A program made the translations under genes and the position numbers. From Bilabrum cf. latius (lineage: Eukaryota), in the NCBI GenBank assembly GCA_965178125.1, contig OZ237741.1:248001-312000 (forward strand): a DNA stretch of 64,000 bases, read 5' to 3'. The notes below the pieces were generated by a model. The model was not told the origin of the DNA. It did no database searches and saw nothing but the letters and a program-made list of their open reading frames with translations. Shown in pieces: positions 24,853 to 37,925 of the stretch (position 1 is the stretch's first letter; each line of letters starts with the position of its first letter).

Positions 24853-27470
24853 TCACAGCCCGATCATGCGCCTGCGCACCTCGCCGAGGATCAGGCTGCT
24901 CTCCTTGGCAGTGGCCCCTAGCACATCGCTGTTCTCCTCAGCGCGCCGGATCAAATAGGGAACCACCTCGTCCACGGGTCCGTACGGGAGGTACTTGAAC
25001 GTGCTGTAGCCTGCCTGTCCCAGGGTCAGGCTGAGGTGGTCGCACATGCCGAGCAGCTGACCGAAGGTGACGTCGCCGCCGCTCCGGTCGATCCCCAGCT
25101 CGGACATCCGGTGCGTGATCCTCCTGATGCTGTCCTCGTTGTGTGAGGCGATCATCAGCTGGGCGTTCCGGCCCGAGGCGATCTCGTCCAGCACCCTGGA
25201 GGCGATCGTGTCGTAGCAGCGATGGGTAGACTCCTTGTCAGGCTGGATGGGGTCAGCATACCCGTGGGATCTCGCCCTCTCCCTCTCCTGAATCATGTAC
25301 GCCCCTCTCACCAGCTTGGCGCCGAAGGAGAACCCGCCCCTCCTGGCCTTGAGCATGGCCAACTCTACGCGGCGAGGGCAGTCGCGGAGGTATGCCTGGT
25401 ACGTGTTGAACACCACGGGGGGCCCGTTCGTGTTGAACTCCTGCTGCATCTGATGCACCACGTGGTCGATGGCCGGCTGCAGGTACGTCTGCTCCGCGTC
25501 AAACATGATCGTCACGTTGGCGTCTTTGGCAGCCTGCGCCAGCATCCTGGCCCTCTCCAGCATATTGGACAGGCGGTCGATCATCTCGTCGTCCAGGCGC
25601 TGCGGCGCTCCCGGCATCACCACCTGGTGTGATGAGTGCACCCTCGCGTCGTACTGGTCCCCTCCCGCGGCCTTGCTGTCCCTCAGGGCCACCACGCTCT
25701 CGGGAACCGGCATCCTGCCCAGGGTCTGCAGGGACAGGAAATCCGTCCACTCCAGGATGTCAAAGCCGCCGCTGCCGTCCTTGTCGATCGCAGAGAACAA
25801 GTCGTCGATGGCCTCCGTCGACATGTGGATGCCACTGTTCTTCATGGCGGCGTGAAATTGTTCCTTGGTGACCACCGTGCTGAGGTAGGGGTCCTCGGCC
25901 AGCACCGACTTGCCCTCTGCCAGCGAGGCGGGGCCAAGGCCCAGGCCCATGGCTGCCAGGCCGTCCCGCTCCGCCTGCGCCACGGGGTCCCTGATCGCCT
26001 CTATCTCCTCGGCGGTGGCTCCAGCGGCGGCCTGCCCCGGCCCACTTCCCCCGCCCATGGATTGCGCGAGGGCCGACGCCATCTCGGCGTCCACGCCCGT
26101 CTCCTCTCCCCTGCCCGCCTCGTCCAGGAAATACTTTCGGAATAGCCGCTTGTTTTCCTATATAACAGTGCTGACGTGCTGCAGGAGCTCAGGCTTGCCC
26201 AGCGCGGTCACCTTGACGGCGGCGAAGCCCTGCTCTGCGCTGGCCGTCTGGATCGCGCGCAGCGTGATCTCCGCGTTCCTGTCGCACTCGTCCTCGCCCT
26301 CGTAGTGGTAGGTGCGGGCATGCAGCTTGTCAGAGCTCACGCCCAGATCCCTGGGCTGGGACACGTCGGCCTCGGCCGCGTAATCGAGGATTCCTCCCAC
26401 CCCCTGGGAGCGGAGCCACTCGAGCGTGGGCTTGATGGTGTTCGCGTCCGTCCCCGCGCAAAAGTGGGCGAAAAAGGTGTGCTGCGGGATTGGATGGGGC
26501 AAGAAACACGAAAACGGAGGCATTAGACCGACAAAGGCGATCGGATCTCAGCCTGGAATTGCCGAGGCCGTGTGGACTTGGCGACGTCCAATCGGTCCTG
26601 GCTGCCAATCGAAGACGGTATCCGCCGCACCGAGCCTGTAGTATGTAGCCTTAGTGTAGAATTGACACCAATCTCACCTCTATAACCTTGTTTGTGATCC
26701 AGGACCCGACTGTGGCGTACCCAAGGTCGATCAGCTTGCGCGCATGCTTCACCAGTGGCCTCAGTCCGCACAGCTAGAAGATAACCAGGGACCGCATCAG
26801 GTTCAAAGTGGAGCGGCTCTGCGCATATGAAGATTTGAGAGGCGGACGCAGGTAAGCACGGTCACACTTAAGCACAGTCAAGGGAGAAGCGTCTCGGGCC
26901 GTGCCTGGAGCAAGAACAACTGCGTCTCATTGCAAGCCGCGGTCGATTCAATGACAAGTAGACCAGCCATGAGAATTATGCAGCCAAACCAGACCACGTG
27001 GATAGGAACAAACCCTCTCGCAAGACCACATTGCCTGTTGGCACCGATCGGCATTTCAAGCAGACCGGCTGCCGATCGAAAGTGCAACTTCTACCAAATC
27101 TCGCACAGAGCAGCCAGAATCTGCAACTACCTTGCGGATTGATACGTGATACTTATCCGCATCCCGGGGCTGTGCGTTCCGGATCGCATGACTCGCGCAA
27201 TTAAGCGGTAAAACGAGTTGACGTGGCACCCGCGAAGCCTGCTCGCCAGTATGCGCCCGCAGTTGCGGCACATTCAGAGGTACTCACCTTGTACGCTGAC
27301 TTTGCATCGTTGAAATCAAGGGTATCAGGCGCAATCTGTTGGAAGTCAAGGGCAAACTGCTTCTTTGTGCGCGATTTCGAGGCCATCCATCGCGCATTGA
27401 AACCGATACCACCTGGGACTACTCGCAAGCGCCCAGCCAGCGGCCTAGCTACTCTGTTCAATCTCATCAT
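24853..27470 (-). CDS. PRODH: Mitochondrial proline dehydrogenase with EF-hand
   Basis: TFFAHFCAG, ILDYAAE, AVKVTALG, EF-hand DKDGSGGFDILE, FDAEQTYLQPAI, NTYQAYL, KLVRGAY, ASHNE, FGQLLGM, KYLPYGPV..YLIRRAEEN. Introns 27287-26819 and 26677-26482. TAGs at 26774 and 26158. Ends in TGA. Confidence 0.93.
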
Positions 27471-27695
27471 ATCGTTTGATAGGATACTTGGATACAAATT
27501 ACGGTCTTCGCGTATGTGTTTACCGTTTTCCTGCCTCTTGTATGCTTTATATTCTGTGAAAAGAGTCTTCCGTATGCGGCTTGGTTACAACCGGCGTTGC
27601 AACTTTTGCGCAATAATTGAAAAATGAAGATTTGAATGATCATCCGAAGGCTTCGGACCGAAGCTATCTTGTAGTGCTAGTGGTGGATCTTCGAC

Positions 27696-28040
27696 ATGGC
27701 TTCCAGTGCAGAATGCGCGATTCGGTATTCTGTTACAACAACAATAGGTGCTGAGGAGGGGCTGAAGGACGAATATATCAAGTGGCTGAAGGACGGCCAC
27801 GTTTAGGAGGTTGTCGAGAAGGGCGGAGCCGTATCTGCAGAGGTGCTGGATCTTGACGTCGCAGAGGGGGGTGGATCGAAGGTTGTATCGACATATGTGT
27901 TCCCATCGCGGGCTGCCTTTGATAACTACGTGGCCAAGGTTGCCCCTGAGTTGCGGAAGGACGGGGTTGAGCGCTTCGGAAAGCGGGATGTTTCTTTTAG
28001 CCGCACGATTGGCTCTTGCGTGTTTTCGCATTCAGCGTGA
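27696..28040 (+). CDS. Small DUF4286-like protein (114 aa)
   Basis: ATG 27696 gives YSVTTT..EYIKWLKDGHV*EVVEKGG..YVFPSRAAFDNY..APELRKDGVERF, a pattern that recalls DUF4286. TAG at 27804. Ends in TGA. Confidence 0.6.
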
Positions 28041-28130
28041 TGGAGCTTCATTATGGTATTGAAATCGTCTTCCAACCATCCCACAGCGCACGCGCGCGCT
28101 GCGCCGAGTCTAAGCCGCGAGCACTCATCA

Positions 28131-31115
28131 TCAGCTGCCTCGTCGCGAGCCGCCTCCGCCGCTGCTTCGCCTAGCACCGCCACCTGCCTGGCCTTTGGCG
28201 GGACCACCCGGCGAATCGGCACCCATGGACTCGAACTCAAAGGCAGAGTCGGTCATCCCGCCGCTGAGCTGGTGTGAGCCGCCACCTTCCACGGAGCCCC
28301 TGCGCCCCGGCTGCCCCGCCCTCTCCCTCGTCTGGCCCATGATGGGCCGCGCCGGGGGAACAGACGGTCCGATCGAAAGCACCTGCTTCTTGAGCACAGG
28401 GGCAGCCCCCGCGCGCCTCGAACCGCCTGCGGAACCGGCCGCGGCGCCGCCGCCCCCCGGCCCCCCCGCGCTGGCCAGAAGCATCCCCCTCCTGATGTCC
28501 ATCACCGACACGTCCACGCTCCGCCTTCTCTCCGCCCGCGACATCGCGCTGGCCCCACCCTTGCCGCCCACGGATGCCCTGCTTCCCCTCCGGCTGGCTC
28601 CAGTGGCAGCGGCCATTGAGCTCTGTCCACCCTGGCCGCTGGATTGCTGGCCGTGGGACCTGCCCGCGTGCCTGGCGTAAAAGGCCAGCATCTGCTTGAG
28701 CCTGTGGTCCAGCATCCCGAACAGGAGCTGCAGGAGAGCTGCCTTGTTCGGTGCCTGCCGCTGCGCCTGCTTGACCGCACCCCCGAGGTCCAGGGCGTCC
28801 AGCGTGGTCCGAATCCCGCCCAGCATCGCGTCCGTGATGCCCTGCAGCTTCTCCAGGTCCTCCACCTGCCTCATGCCCTTCTCTTCCGCCTGCTCCAGCC
28901 CCGTCTTGACCGACACCATCATGCCGCGCCGCGTGGACTCGTGCATTCGCATGCCCAGAGCCTCCTTCCTGGATTGCACCCTGCACTCCTCCAGCTGCGC
29001 CCGGACGTCATCCGCCTCTTTGGCCAGGCGATCCACCCTGAGGAACAACGCGTAGTTGTCGTCGTTCGCCTACCGGAACTTCTGCACGAACTCCTCCGGG
29101 GTTCGAACCCCGGTAATCTGCTTGATCCGCTCGAAGAGTCCCTTGAGAGTGTTCACTCTGCTCTCGGTCTGCTTGGCCCGGATCTGCAAGAAGGCGTTCC
29201 TCCACCTCTCCTTGGCCCTCGCCCTGTTCCCCAGCCTGGACTCGCCCCCGTGCTTCCCCTTGTTGGCGTCCTCTCGCCCTGGGCTGGGCGGGCTGCTCGC
29301 CACGGACACCACCGACTGCCTCCTCTTGGCCCCCCCATTGCCGCCTCTGCGCTTGCCAGCGGCAGCGCCGCCCCCTCCTCCCGGCACGGCTCCCGAGGGA
29401 CCCGACTGGCTGTGCGCCGCGCGCCCCAGTGCCCGTCTCCTCCTCTGTGTGGCTGCCCTCCTCTACGCCGCAGTGGCTCGGCGTATGGTCTCCGCCGCGG
29501 CATCCGCCTCGGTCTGCGTCTTGTCGAAGGGGTCTCTGGGCACGTGCTTGGGCATCTTCTTGATTCTTGCCTCATCCTGCTCCAGCCGCGCCTCCTCCGC
29601 CTTTGCCTCCTCGTCCCCGTCCCTTGGGGACGGCAGCGCCGTGTCGAACTTGGCCTTGCCCACCTGCCTGTCCAGCGCCTCCCAGGCGTGCTCCATCTCC
29701 AGGAGCTCCACACGTGCCTGCTCCAGAACTCCCTCCGTGTGGGCCTCCACGTCCTGCGCCTTCTCCTCCTTGTCCAGTATGCTCCTGAGCTGCAGCTGTG
29801 TGGCCGTCTGCTTGTCTCTGATGTCCTGCTCCAGCACGCCCACCGCCCTCAGCAGCGCCACTTTCTCCCTCCTGAGATCGTCTATCCTGCGCTTTGCCGA
29901 CTCGTTTCTTGCGACAGCCTTCATCTTCTCCGCCTTGGCGCGCACGATGCGCTTCTCAAGCACGCGGTGGGCGTGCCTCACCCTCTTCTCGTTCTCGGCA
30001 ACCGCGTGCCTGCCCCCGAGCGAGGCCCTCTCCAGCTCCAGGGCCCTTATCTGCTTCTGGAGCGCCACCGTCTGCTGCCTCAGCCTCACGCAAGCCTTGC
30101 CCTCCTGTGTCTTGAGGGCCATGAACACGCGGATCTGGTCCTGGATCTAGAACGTCTCGGCTTCGCGGCGGGCCGCCGGGTCCATCGTGGGGTTGTGACC
30201 CCCCTGGTTGTTCTGGCTCCGAGTCGTGCTGCGGGCGGCCGCGCCAGTGGAGGGTCCGACGCTGGTCGTCCTGATGCTGCTGCCGCCGCCCGCCGCGGAG
30301 CCCCGTCTCTGCCCCTGCCCCCCTCCAGATAGCCCCGATGTGTCTCCAGGCCGACGAGTCACTGCTCGTGAGAAGTCTTCCGATTCCGATTCCAGGAAGG
30401 AGCCGCTCTGGGCCCTCCCGTCCCGCGGTCCGCCGCCAAAGTCGCCCTCCCCGCTCTAAGAGGACCCCACGCTCTTCCCGTCCTAGGAGGCGCCCGCACC
30501 GTCAACGCCCCCTTGGGGCCGACCGAATGCGTGCCTTCCCCCGCTGCCGTCGCCTCCGATGCCGCCCGCCGAGTTGTAGATGGGCGGGCCAATCCCGCGG
30601 TTGGCTCTGTCGGCCGCAGCGGCAATCTCCTTGGCTGAGCTGCCCCCAGGGAGATCCGTGTGTCCCGTGGTAAACTAAAGCATCATTCCAGGTTTCATGT
30701 CCGGGCCGTCGGAGCTCCCACCCAGGGCTGCTTTCACTCTTTCTCGGTCCGTTCGGGTTTCTTTCAAGTCATCGAGCGATGCGTCCAGCTAAAGTTCGGA
30801 ACCCGTCGCGCGAGCGCCGCTTATGGCCTCTTCCATGAGTGCCTAGTCGGCTCGCAATTTTCTCCTGCCGCCATCCGCAGATGCATCCCCGCCGCCTGAC
30901 AAGTGAGATGCATCTGCGGCTGCCTCGCTGGACCTGGCACCTCGGTCCGATTCACTGCTGTGGTTATCGCTTCCGGAACGATATGCCTCGTCTTCATCTC
31001 TTTCGGCTGGCACAGGAAAGTCGGGACGGTCAAGCAAGCCCCAAACTGTCCGTTCATCGTTCGATCGAATCGCCATCGAGGCTACGGTCCCGTCTGGGTC
31101 GTCATGGCCATCCAT
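28131..31115 (-). CDS. Coiled-coil outer dynein arm docking complex-like protein (ODAD1/CCDC114 family-like)
   Basis: ORFs 30843, 30147, 29463, 29070 and 28131 share one frame and are separated only by TAG. FERIKQITGVRTPEEFVQKFR*ANDDNYALFLRVDRL resembles the ODA-DC coiled coil. Ends in TGA TGA TGA. Confidence 0.65.
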
Positions 31116-31437
31116 TGGAAGGATGTGTCGCTGCAGTCCAGGTGAACTGAATCCAGATAAGAATATGTATTTCTTGGCTTGAGTTTAGCGTGAATTGACC
31201 CAGAATGCGCTCCCAATCGCCCGTAGAAGTAGTTCCAGCAATCCGTTGGGACGCCTGCTTATCTTCATCTTCACGAGCGTGGCGATCGCAAGAATCATCG
31301 CCAAATGGCACGAGGGTAAGTCGCAACACCGACGAGTGGAATCCTCAACATTGCAAAATCACGTATCACTGAAATCTAGACGCAGCACTCAAGCAGAGAC
31401 AAGTCGCCGGCATAGGGAGCCAGCCGTCCGACCCCGC

Positions 31438-32514
31438 TCACATCCACATGTCGACCTCCTGCAGCTGCCTCCAGTAGGGCCGCAAGACCGCACTCGTCAC
31501 GTCCGTGTGGTTGCGAACCAGGCCTTGCAGCAGCAGCATCTGCCTGGGCTTGACGTGGTGCAGCGTGGTCAGGGGCACGGCGGAATTCTCGAGCTCCTGC
31601 TGAATGTCCCTCGACGACCACCCTGCGTTCCTGGGGCACGACACATGGGCGTCCCAAAGGCATGCCCCCAGCCTCCTATCACCCGCCCAGCAGTTGCTGT
31701 ACTTGGAGTAGCACTTCGGCAGCTGTTCCTTGAGAGATAGCATGGCAGCACGCGTCAAAATCATCCCGCCGCCACCCGCTGGGTAGTACGGACCGGGCTG
31801 GGGAGGGTACTTGCCGCACTTCGCCGCGTGCGGGGTGTCGCCCGTGAGCGGGTAGCAGAGAGCAAATATGTGCTTACCGTCCTTTCTTCCGTGCAGCTGC
31901 TTCGTGATAAGTTGCTTCAGCTGCTTCAAGAACACGAATGTGTCGTCGTCCGCCATCACGTACCACTACGCGTCTGGAACCTGCTTGTACAGCAGGTCAA
32001 ACGCCCCAAGATGCTTAATGAAATCTTTGTCCCAGGCAGCGGCCGTCGGAAGCGAGTCCTTGTCGTCCGGGACTGCGTACGGAGATACCGCATCGTGGAT
32101 CGGCGGTATGCTCGCGGCGTATCCCTCGAATTCCACCGCCTTCGTTTGGTTTCTGTCCGCGTCCGAGACGAAAACTACATTCTCGCGGGGCAATTCATTG
32201 GCCCACGTCACCATCTGGCCCGGCACCCTGGCATCGACAACATTGTCTCCGGTTCGAATGACAAATGCAACCCTTTCCCAGAACTTGTCTAGCTCCAAAC
32301 GGTCGTGGGAATCCTCACGAACAATATCTCCATCCTATTTCGCGTGTTCGTCTTTCGCAATCACTTCTCCTGATCCTATGGCTGGCTGGTTGGCTACGTG
32401 ATCGAACCTCGGGATTATTACTTTCCCCTTGTCATCTGGAGGCAGCGGACTATCGATGATTTTCCCGGATAAACACAACTACAACGAGCATGCAAATACG
32501 ACAAGAAGACGCAT
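31438..32514 (-). CDS. Secretory-pathway GT31/Fringe-like beta-1,3-glycosyltransferase
   Basis: Signal peptide MRLLVVFACSL*LCLSG, TWAN, PDA*WYVMADDDTFV (DxD motif), YPAGGGGMILT, GDRRLGACL, TLHH. The 3' end is uncertain because the TGA overlaps a possible GTGAG donor. Confidence 0.75.
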
Positions 32515-32840
32515 ACGCAGTATGCAAAAATGACCAGGTCTCCGCCCCTCTCCTGAACACAGAGAGGGCTTGGTCGCACCTCATGAGGCTTCCCGGTTGC
32601 GACCGCCATCGGAACCCAACGAGATGTTCCCGCGCTCGCACTCTGACGTGTGTTTCGTGGCTAGCGGAGAGTGAGGTGAGGGAGTGGGAGTGTGGGATTT
32701 CAGGGTCGGCGCAGTGGGGCTTGCCCTGCTGTATACGGTTGCGGACGAATGTCATCAGCGCCAAGTTTGGCGGCAGATTCATGACCTCGTTCTGCAATTG
32801 AATACCGGGGAGGTGCACCATTACAGCGCGAAGAGGCTCT

Positions 32841-35800
32841 TCAGTCTCCGCCGAATACCTTGGATTTCATCCCTGGTCCAACGTACGCAGGCGCAGCCCG
32901 ATCCAGGGCCTGCGCCGCCACCCCGCCTCTTGCCCCTGTCACGCCCGCCTGCGCCATCGCATTGAGCAGCCGGAACCGAGGGTTCGCGAACGTTCGTTCC
33001 TCGGACAGCCCGTGCTGCCGGAAGAGCCCACCCTCGGCCACTCTCCTCTCCAAAAAGGCGCGCAGCTCCTCGGAGACGACCCCCTCGGGCAGGGCGAGGG
33101 CTGCGCTGCGGCCCGCGCCGAGGGCCCCCGCACCATCGTGCGGTGCACCCTGCCCCTTCGAGCCCTTCCCAGCCTCCTTGACTAGCCTCTCAGCGGACAC
33201 CGCCTCGTCCCCACCGTCACCCCGGCCTTGTTCCTCGGTGGCACCGCCGGGCTATCCAGCGCCAGGGCTCGCACCCGCACTTGCACCCGCCGCCTTAGCC
33301 ACGGCCTGAAGCTCCTCCGTGCGGCCCTCTAGCCACAGCCGATGCACCTTGCCGATGATGCCCTGCAGCCCGCTGGCCAGCGTGTGCCCCGTGGCCCGGC
33401 CCGCGTCAGCAACCACGGCGCGAACGGCAGCCAGGCTGGGCGCCCGCTCCACCAGGCGGCGCAGGGCGGCCTCTCGCTGCTCCCTGGAATCCCGCTCGGC
33501 TTGTTCCCTGGCGAGGCGGGCGGCCCTCTTTTCGGCTAGGAGGTCTCTTCGCTCCTCCACTTTAGCCACCCTCTCCCCCTCCCCCGCCTTCCACTGTTCC
33601 CTGGCCTCAGCCCGCGCCAAGGCCCGGGCCTCCGCCTCCCTTGCGGCGGCCTCCAGCTGTGCCCGCTTGAAGGCGCGTGCCTCTTCCCTCAGCCCCTCCC
33701 GCGCCTCCTCGGACTCGGCCCAGGAGGCTGCTTCGGCCAGAGCGGCCTCCAGAGCCTCTTGTTCCCTGGATTGTTCCCTGGCGAGGGCTCGCTCCTACCG
33801 CTCCTGCCGCATGCGGGCCAGCCTGCGGTGCCGCGCCGACCGCACCTCTGCGGCATCCTGCGCCGCACCGGCCGCGTCCGCCCGTTTGCGGCAGGCCTCC
33901 GCTGCCTCGGAAAGGTGCCTGGTGGACCGGATTACGAGCGCTGTAGACTGCTCCGCTCGCTCTTCCTCCAGCGCCCGCATCGCGCTGCGGTGCCTATGCG
34001 CGTGCTCCAGCCACAGCGCGCCGAGCACGGCGGCGGCAATGGCGGCCGGCTCCCCCTCGTCCCTCTCGTCATGCTCCTGCCCCTCTGCTCCGTGAGCTCT
34101 GCTTCTGGTGCTGCTGCCATTGGTGGTGGCGCTGGCGGTCTCCTAGGCAGCCATGTCGGCCACCAGGGCGAGCACCGGGGGAGGCACTGCCGAGACCACC
34201 TGCTTGGGCAGGTCCTCAGTGGCTTGCACCCTCACCTGCTGCGCCAGCGACTCGGAGTCTGTTGCGGAACTGGCGCCGCGCACCCCAGGCGCCTTCCTCT
34301 GTAGCCGTCGCCTGGCAGCCCGCACCACCCTGCGGGCCTCGTCTAATTGTTCCCTGGAGGGGAAGAGAGGCGGCGGAGGCACCACGGAATCACCACCACG
34401 AGTCTGCTCCGATTTTCCGATTTCCCCTGCTTCGTCTTCTTCTCGCGCAGTAGCCTCATCGCTGGCAGTGGCATCGCGCACAGTATCACCCGCTGCCTCC
34501 TCCTCCTCCTCCTCCTCCTCCTCCTCCTCCTCCTCCTCCTCCTCCTCGTATTCGCGCCCTCCGTCGTGCTATTCTTCGTACTGCTACCCGGGGGGACTCC
34601 TCTTCGCTCCCGTCCTGAACCCCAGCTGCCTGGCCGCACCCAGCAGCTCCTGTCTCGCCAGCGCCAGGGCTGTCTGGATACGCTGATGGTCTCCCAGAAA
34701 CTGCTAGTCCAGTGCCTCAGCCTCAGCGACGGCCTCCGCGCTCGCGTCTTCCGCGGCATCGGACCAGTCGGCCTCGGCCTCGTTCGCCAGTGGCGGCACG
34801 ACACGAGCAGGTGCTGCTGCACCGGACTAGCCGCCAGCTGTGCTGCTGCCACGAAGCGAGGAAACAGAGCCGTGCGCGCCCTTCTGTTGCATACCAAGCG
34901 ATCCTTGCATAGCAATAGAGGGTATGTGTGGCACGGCCATGCCATGCATCTGGCAAGCCTTCACAGCGGCAAGCCTGAGTGCCTGTCCCAGCTCAGATGC
35001 AACGCTGCGCAGCACCCCGGGCTCCCTATCTCCAGCTGTACCGGCCGATTCTCTGCCTAGCCTAGCATCCTTTGGCCTACCCAGCTCATCCAGTTCCACG
35101 GGGACACCAAGTCGAGCAGCCCCCAGACACGCCTCCGCCCGCCTCCCTTGCAATCCAGCCTCCCTGCCTAGCCGAGCCACTGCGGCCCTGCACTCTCGCA
35201 GGGAGGACTCCTGTTTGGCCACCCTATCTTCCACTTTGACCAGATCTTCTTGCTGCTCCATGATCACCGCACCGAGGAACTGCTCGCCCACAGCGGCCAG
35301 TCGCTCCCTCAGGCTCGGCTTACCATGGCTGGCGTCTCTATGATCATCGGTAGTCTCGGCGGTGGCTCCAGCGGCAATCGAGCCTCCCGGAGAGTCCGCA
35401 CTGGAGCTATCCAGCTGCTCAGCTGCACGGAGCACTTGCTCGAGGAGGAGTGCTCGCTCATCCCGTTCTCCTGCACCCTCACCTGCTGCCACATCACCTC
35501 TGCCAGTGGCAAGCTCGATGCCGGTTTGGCCTACCCTGCTGCCGCCGCTGCTGCACATGCTGCAGACTGCCCGGGCGTCCCCTATGGTCTCTTGTAGCTG
35601 CCTTGCAAGCCCCTGCAGCGCCGCCCTTGATTCGTCCTGCCAGTGCGAGAGGGCGGCTGGCCCGCCCGCCGACCGCAGGCGCCTTGTCGCCGGGGAGGAC
35701 AGGTAAGGTGCGGGGGAGTGCGTGACCGGAGGGGGAGATTGGGCTGCTCTGCGGCCCGGGCTCTCTGCTGATGCTGCCTTGAGATTGTTGCTTGGAGAGC

Positions 35801-36359
35801 CTTGGGTCGCTCTGACGCCTGCTGCTCTAGCGGGGCTCCCAGCCAGGCCTGAGCTGCTGCTGCTGCTGCTGCTGCTCTTTGGGGGCCTCTGCAGCGGGCT
35901 CTGGCTGCGCCAGTCCAGGAGACCGACGCGAGTGGGGGCTACCATAGTCGCGCCAGAGCCAGCACCTGCGTATTCCAGCTTGCTGCGAGTGCTGGATGAC
36001 GTTGGGACGAAGCCCGCTCGTTTGGCCGCGGCGGCATGTGCTGCTTGGTCGTCCGCCAGCCGCTGCAGGAACACTCTCAAGTCTCTGGAGCCCCGCTCTT
36101 GATCACCCGTGAGTGATCGATACTCTTCAACCCAAATCTATTTCCTGTTTCGCTTCTGCTGGCGTTGCTTTACTCCTTTTGCCTACCCCTTCATGCGAGC
36201 CAGCAGGGCATCTGCGCGCTCCAATCGAGATTCCGCTGTCCCAGCGAGCATCGCAGCACGCTCCACAGCCCCACCTGCCTATCGTAGCTATCTAGCGCTA
36301 GGACCCCCGAGATTACGATCCGAAGCGTGGCGCTACCTGAGCTCCCGCGCGGCTTTCAT
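32841..36359 (-). CDS. Coiled-coil protein, CCDC148-like termini, about 1,172 aa
   Basis: One frame from ATG 36359 to TGA 32841 interrupted only by TAG. The C-terminal FRQHGLSEERTFANPRFRLLNAMAQAG and N-terminal *IWVEEYRSL recall CCDC148. Confidence 0.6.
34497..34547 (-). repeat. (GAG)17 microsatellite encoding poly-Glu
   Basis: (ctc)17 on the + strand, in frame with the 32841-36359 CDS. Confidence 0.9.
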
Positions 36360-36605
36360 TGTCGCCAAGTGCAACAGGAGGGACGAAGCAGTCTTCACTC
36401 CATGTATGCTACTGCTAAGGTATCAGACGGGTACATCAGTGCCATACTAGCATAAATTCAGCGTATCCAATCATAAAACACGCAAGCTGTAGTTAAGAGG
36501 GCCTCATTTCGAAAGTCAAATTGCATGGTAACGCGTACTTTAGCCAAACAGGATTTTCTGCAGAGCGGTTTTCTGGGTGTTGCCTTAATTCCCATCTATC
36601 TCGTC

Positions 36606-37925
36606 ATGGCGGAGTCCGGATCAAACAGACCAAGCGGTACGTTACGCTTTATCATCTAATGTACTGAATGCAGCGCCGTTTTGCCTTACTTGAGCCCATC
36701 CACACGTGTTCTTGCACTCGTCCACACCAACGTAATCGCAGATTCGAGTTTTTACAACCAAAGGTTGAAGGCATGGCACCCTATCCTCACGCCGAAGTGG
36801 GTGATTACATCCTTTGCTATCGTCGGGGTAATATTTCTTCCTATTGGGGCTATTCTGCTCAACGAGTCCAGCAAAGTGAGGCAAGGCCCGCGTCTGGATT
36901 CTAAGCTCCTAGCGAAGATTGCGTACTCCGATGGGCTTCCAATGCCTTATCACGTGCAGGTAGTTGAAGTTGTGCAGCAGTATGATGGAGATGGATCTAC
37001 CCATCCAGACTGCCACATTCGGTCGTCGAGCCTCGACAATCAGGCCCCACCTTGTTTCATCAATTTTACTACTGCGGAAGAGATGAAGGCTCCGGTGTAC
37101 GTATATTATGAACTTGACAACTTCTATCAGAACCATAGGCGATATGTCAAGAGCAGATCGGATTCCCAGCTCGAGGGTGAGACGCCGGGGGAGGACTATC
37201 CATCACATCCGTTGCGTTTCTCTTGCTAGGGCATGGGAGGCCCATTCTCCGCATAGTCGTCTCACGCACCACACGCACTTTATATTCATTGAAACCACGC
37301 ATCCGCAGGCGAGATCGAGTCCCTGTCCGATTTGGCCGACTGCGACCCCCTCAAGACTGGCTTCCTCAAGCAGCCCAACGGAGACCCCAAGGTGCTGCAC
37401 CCCTGCGGGCTCATCGCCAACAGCTACTTCAACGACACGTTCGACCTGGTCACGAGCGGCATCGACATGCTGGAGACCGACATCTCCTGGGAGTCGGACC
37501 GCGAGTTCAAGTTCAAGGCCTTGCCCGAGGCCACCAAGGCAGCCAACATGGACGAGTATCAGTTCATTAACCAGACCTATCCCGACGTGGAGGACGTGAC
37601 CAACGAGCACTTTATCGTGTGGATGAGGACGGCAGCGCTGCCCAACTTCCGCAAGCTCTACGGCAGGATCGAGCAGGATATCCCCAAGTCGACGCAGCTG
37701 AGCTTCCGGGTGGGCCGCAACTTTGTAGTGAGCACTTTCGACGGCAAGAAGAAGCTGGTGCTGTCCACTACCTCGTGGGTGGGCGGTAAGAACAGTTTCC
37801 TGGGCATCGCGTACATCATCGTGGGGGGAGCCTGCTTGCTGCTCGCGCTGCTCTTCCGGGTCAAGGAAGTGTACTGCCCTCGCAAGCCCGGAGATGTCAA
37901 GTACCTGAGGTGGTCCCAGCGGTGA
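36606..37925 (+). CDS. CDC50: CDC50/LEM3/ALIS family P4-ATPase flippase beta-subunit
   Basis: FYNQRLKAWHPILTP, YYELDNFYQNHRRYVKSRSDSQL, PCGLIANSYFNDTF, NEHFIVWMRTAALPNFRKLYG, WVGGKNSFLGIAY. Introns 36637-36741, 36876-36959 and 37177-37308. Ends in TGA. Confidence 0.93.

Noticed and set aside
24329-24958. 209-aa plus-strand ORF between the HAD hydrolase and PRODH
   Set aside because: It has a GTG start and no motifs, and it overlaps the PRODH 3' end. It is most likely convergent 3' UTR sequence.
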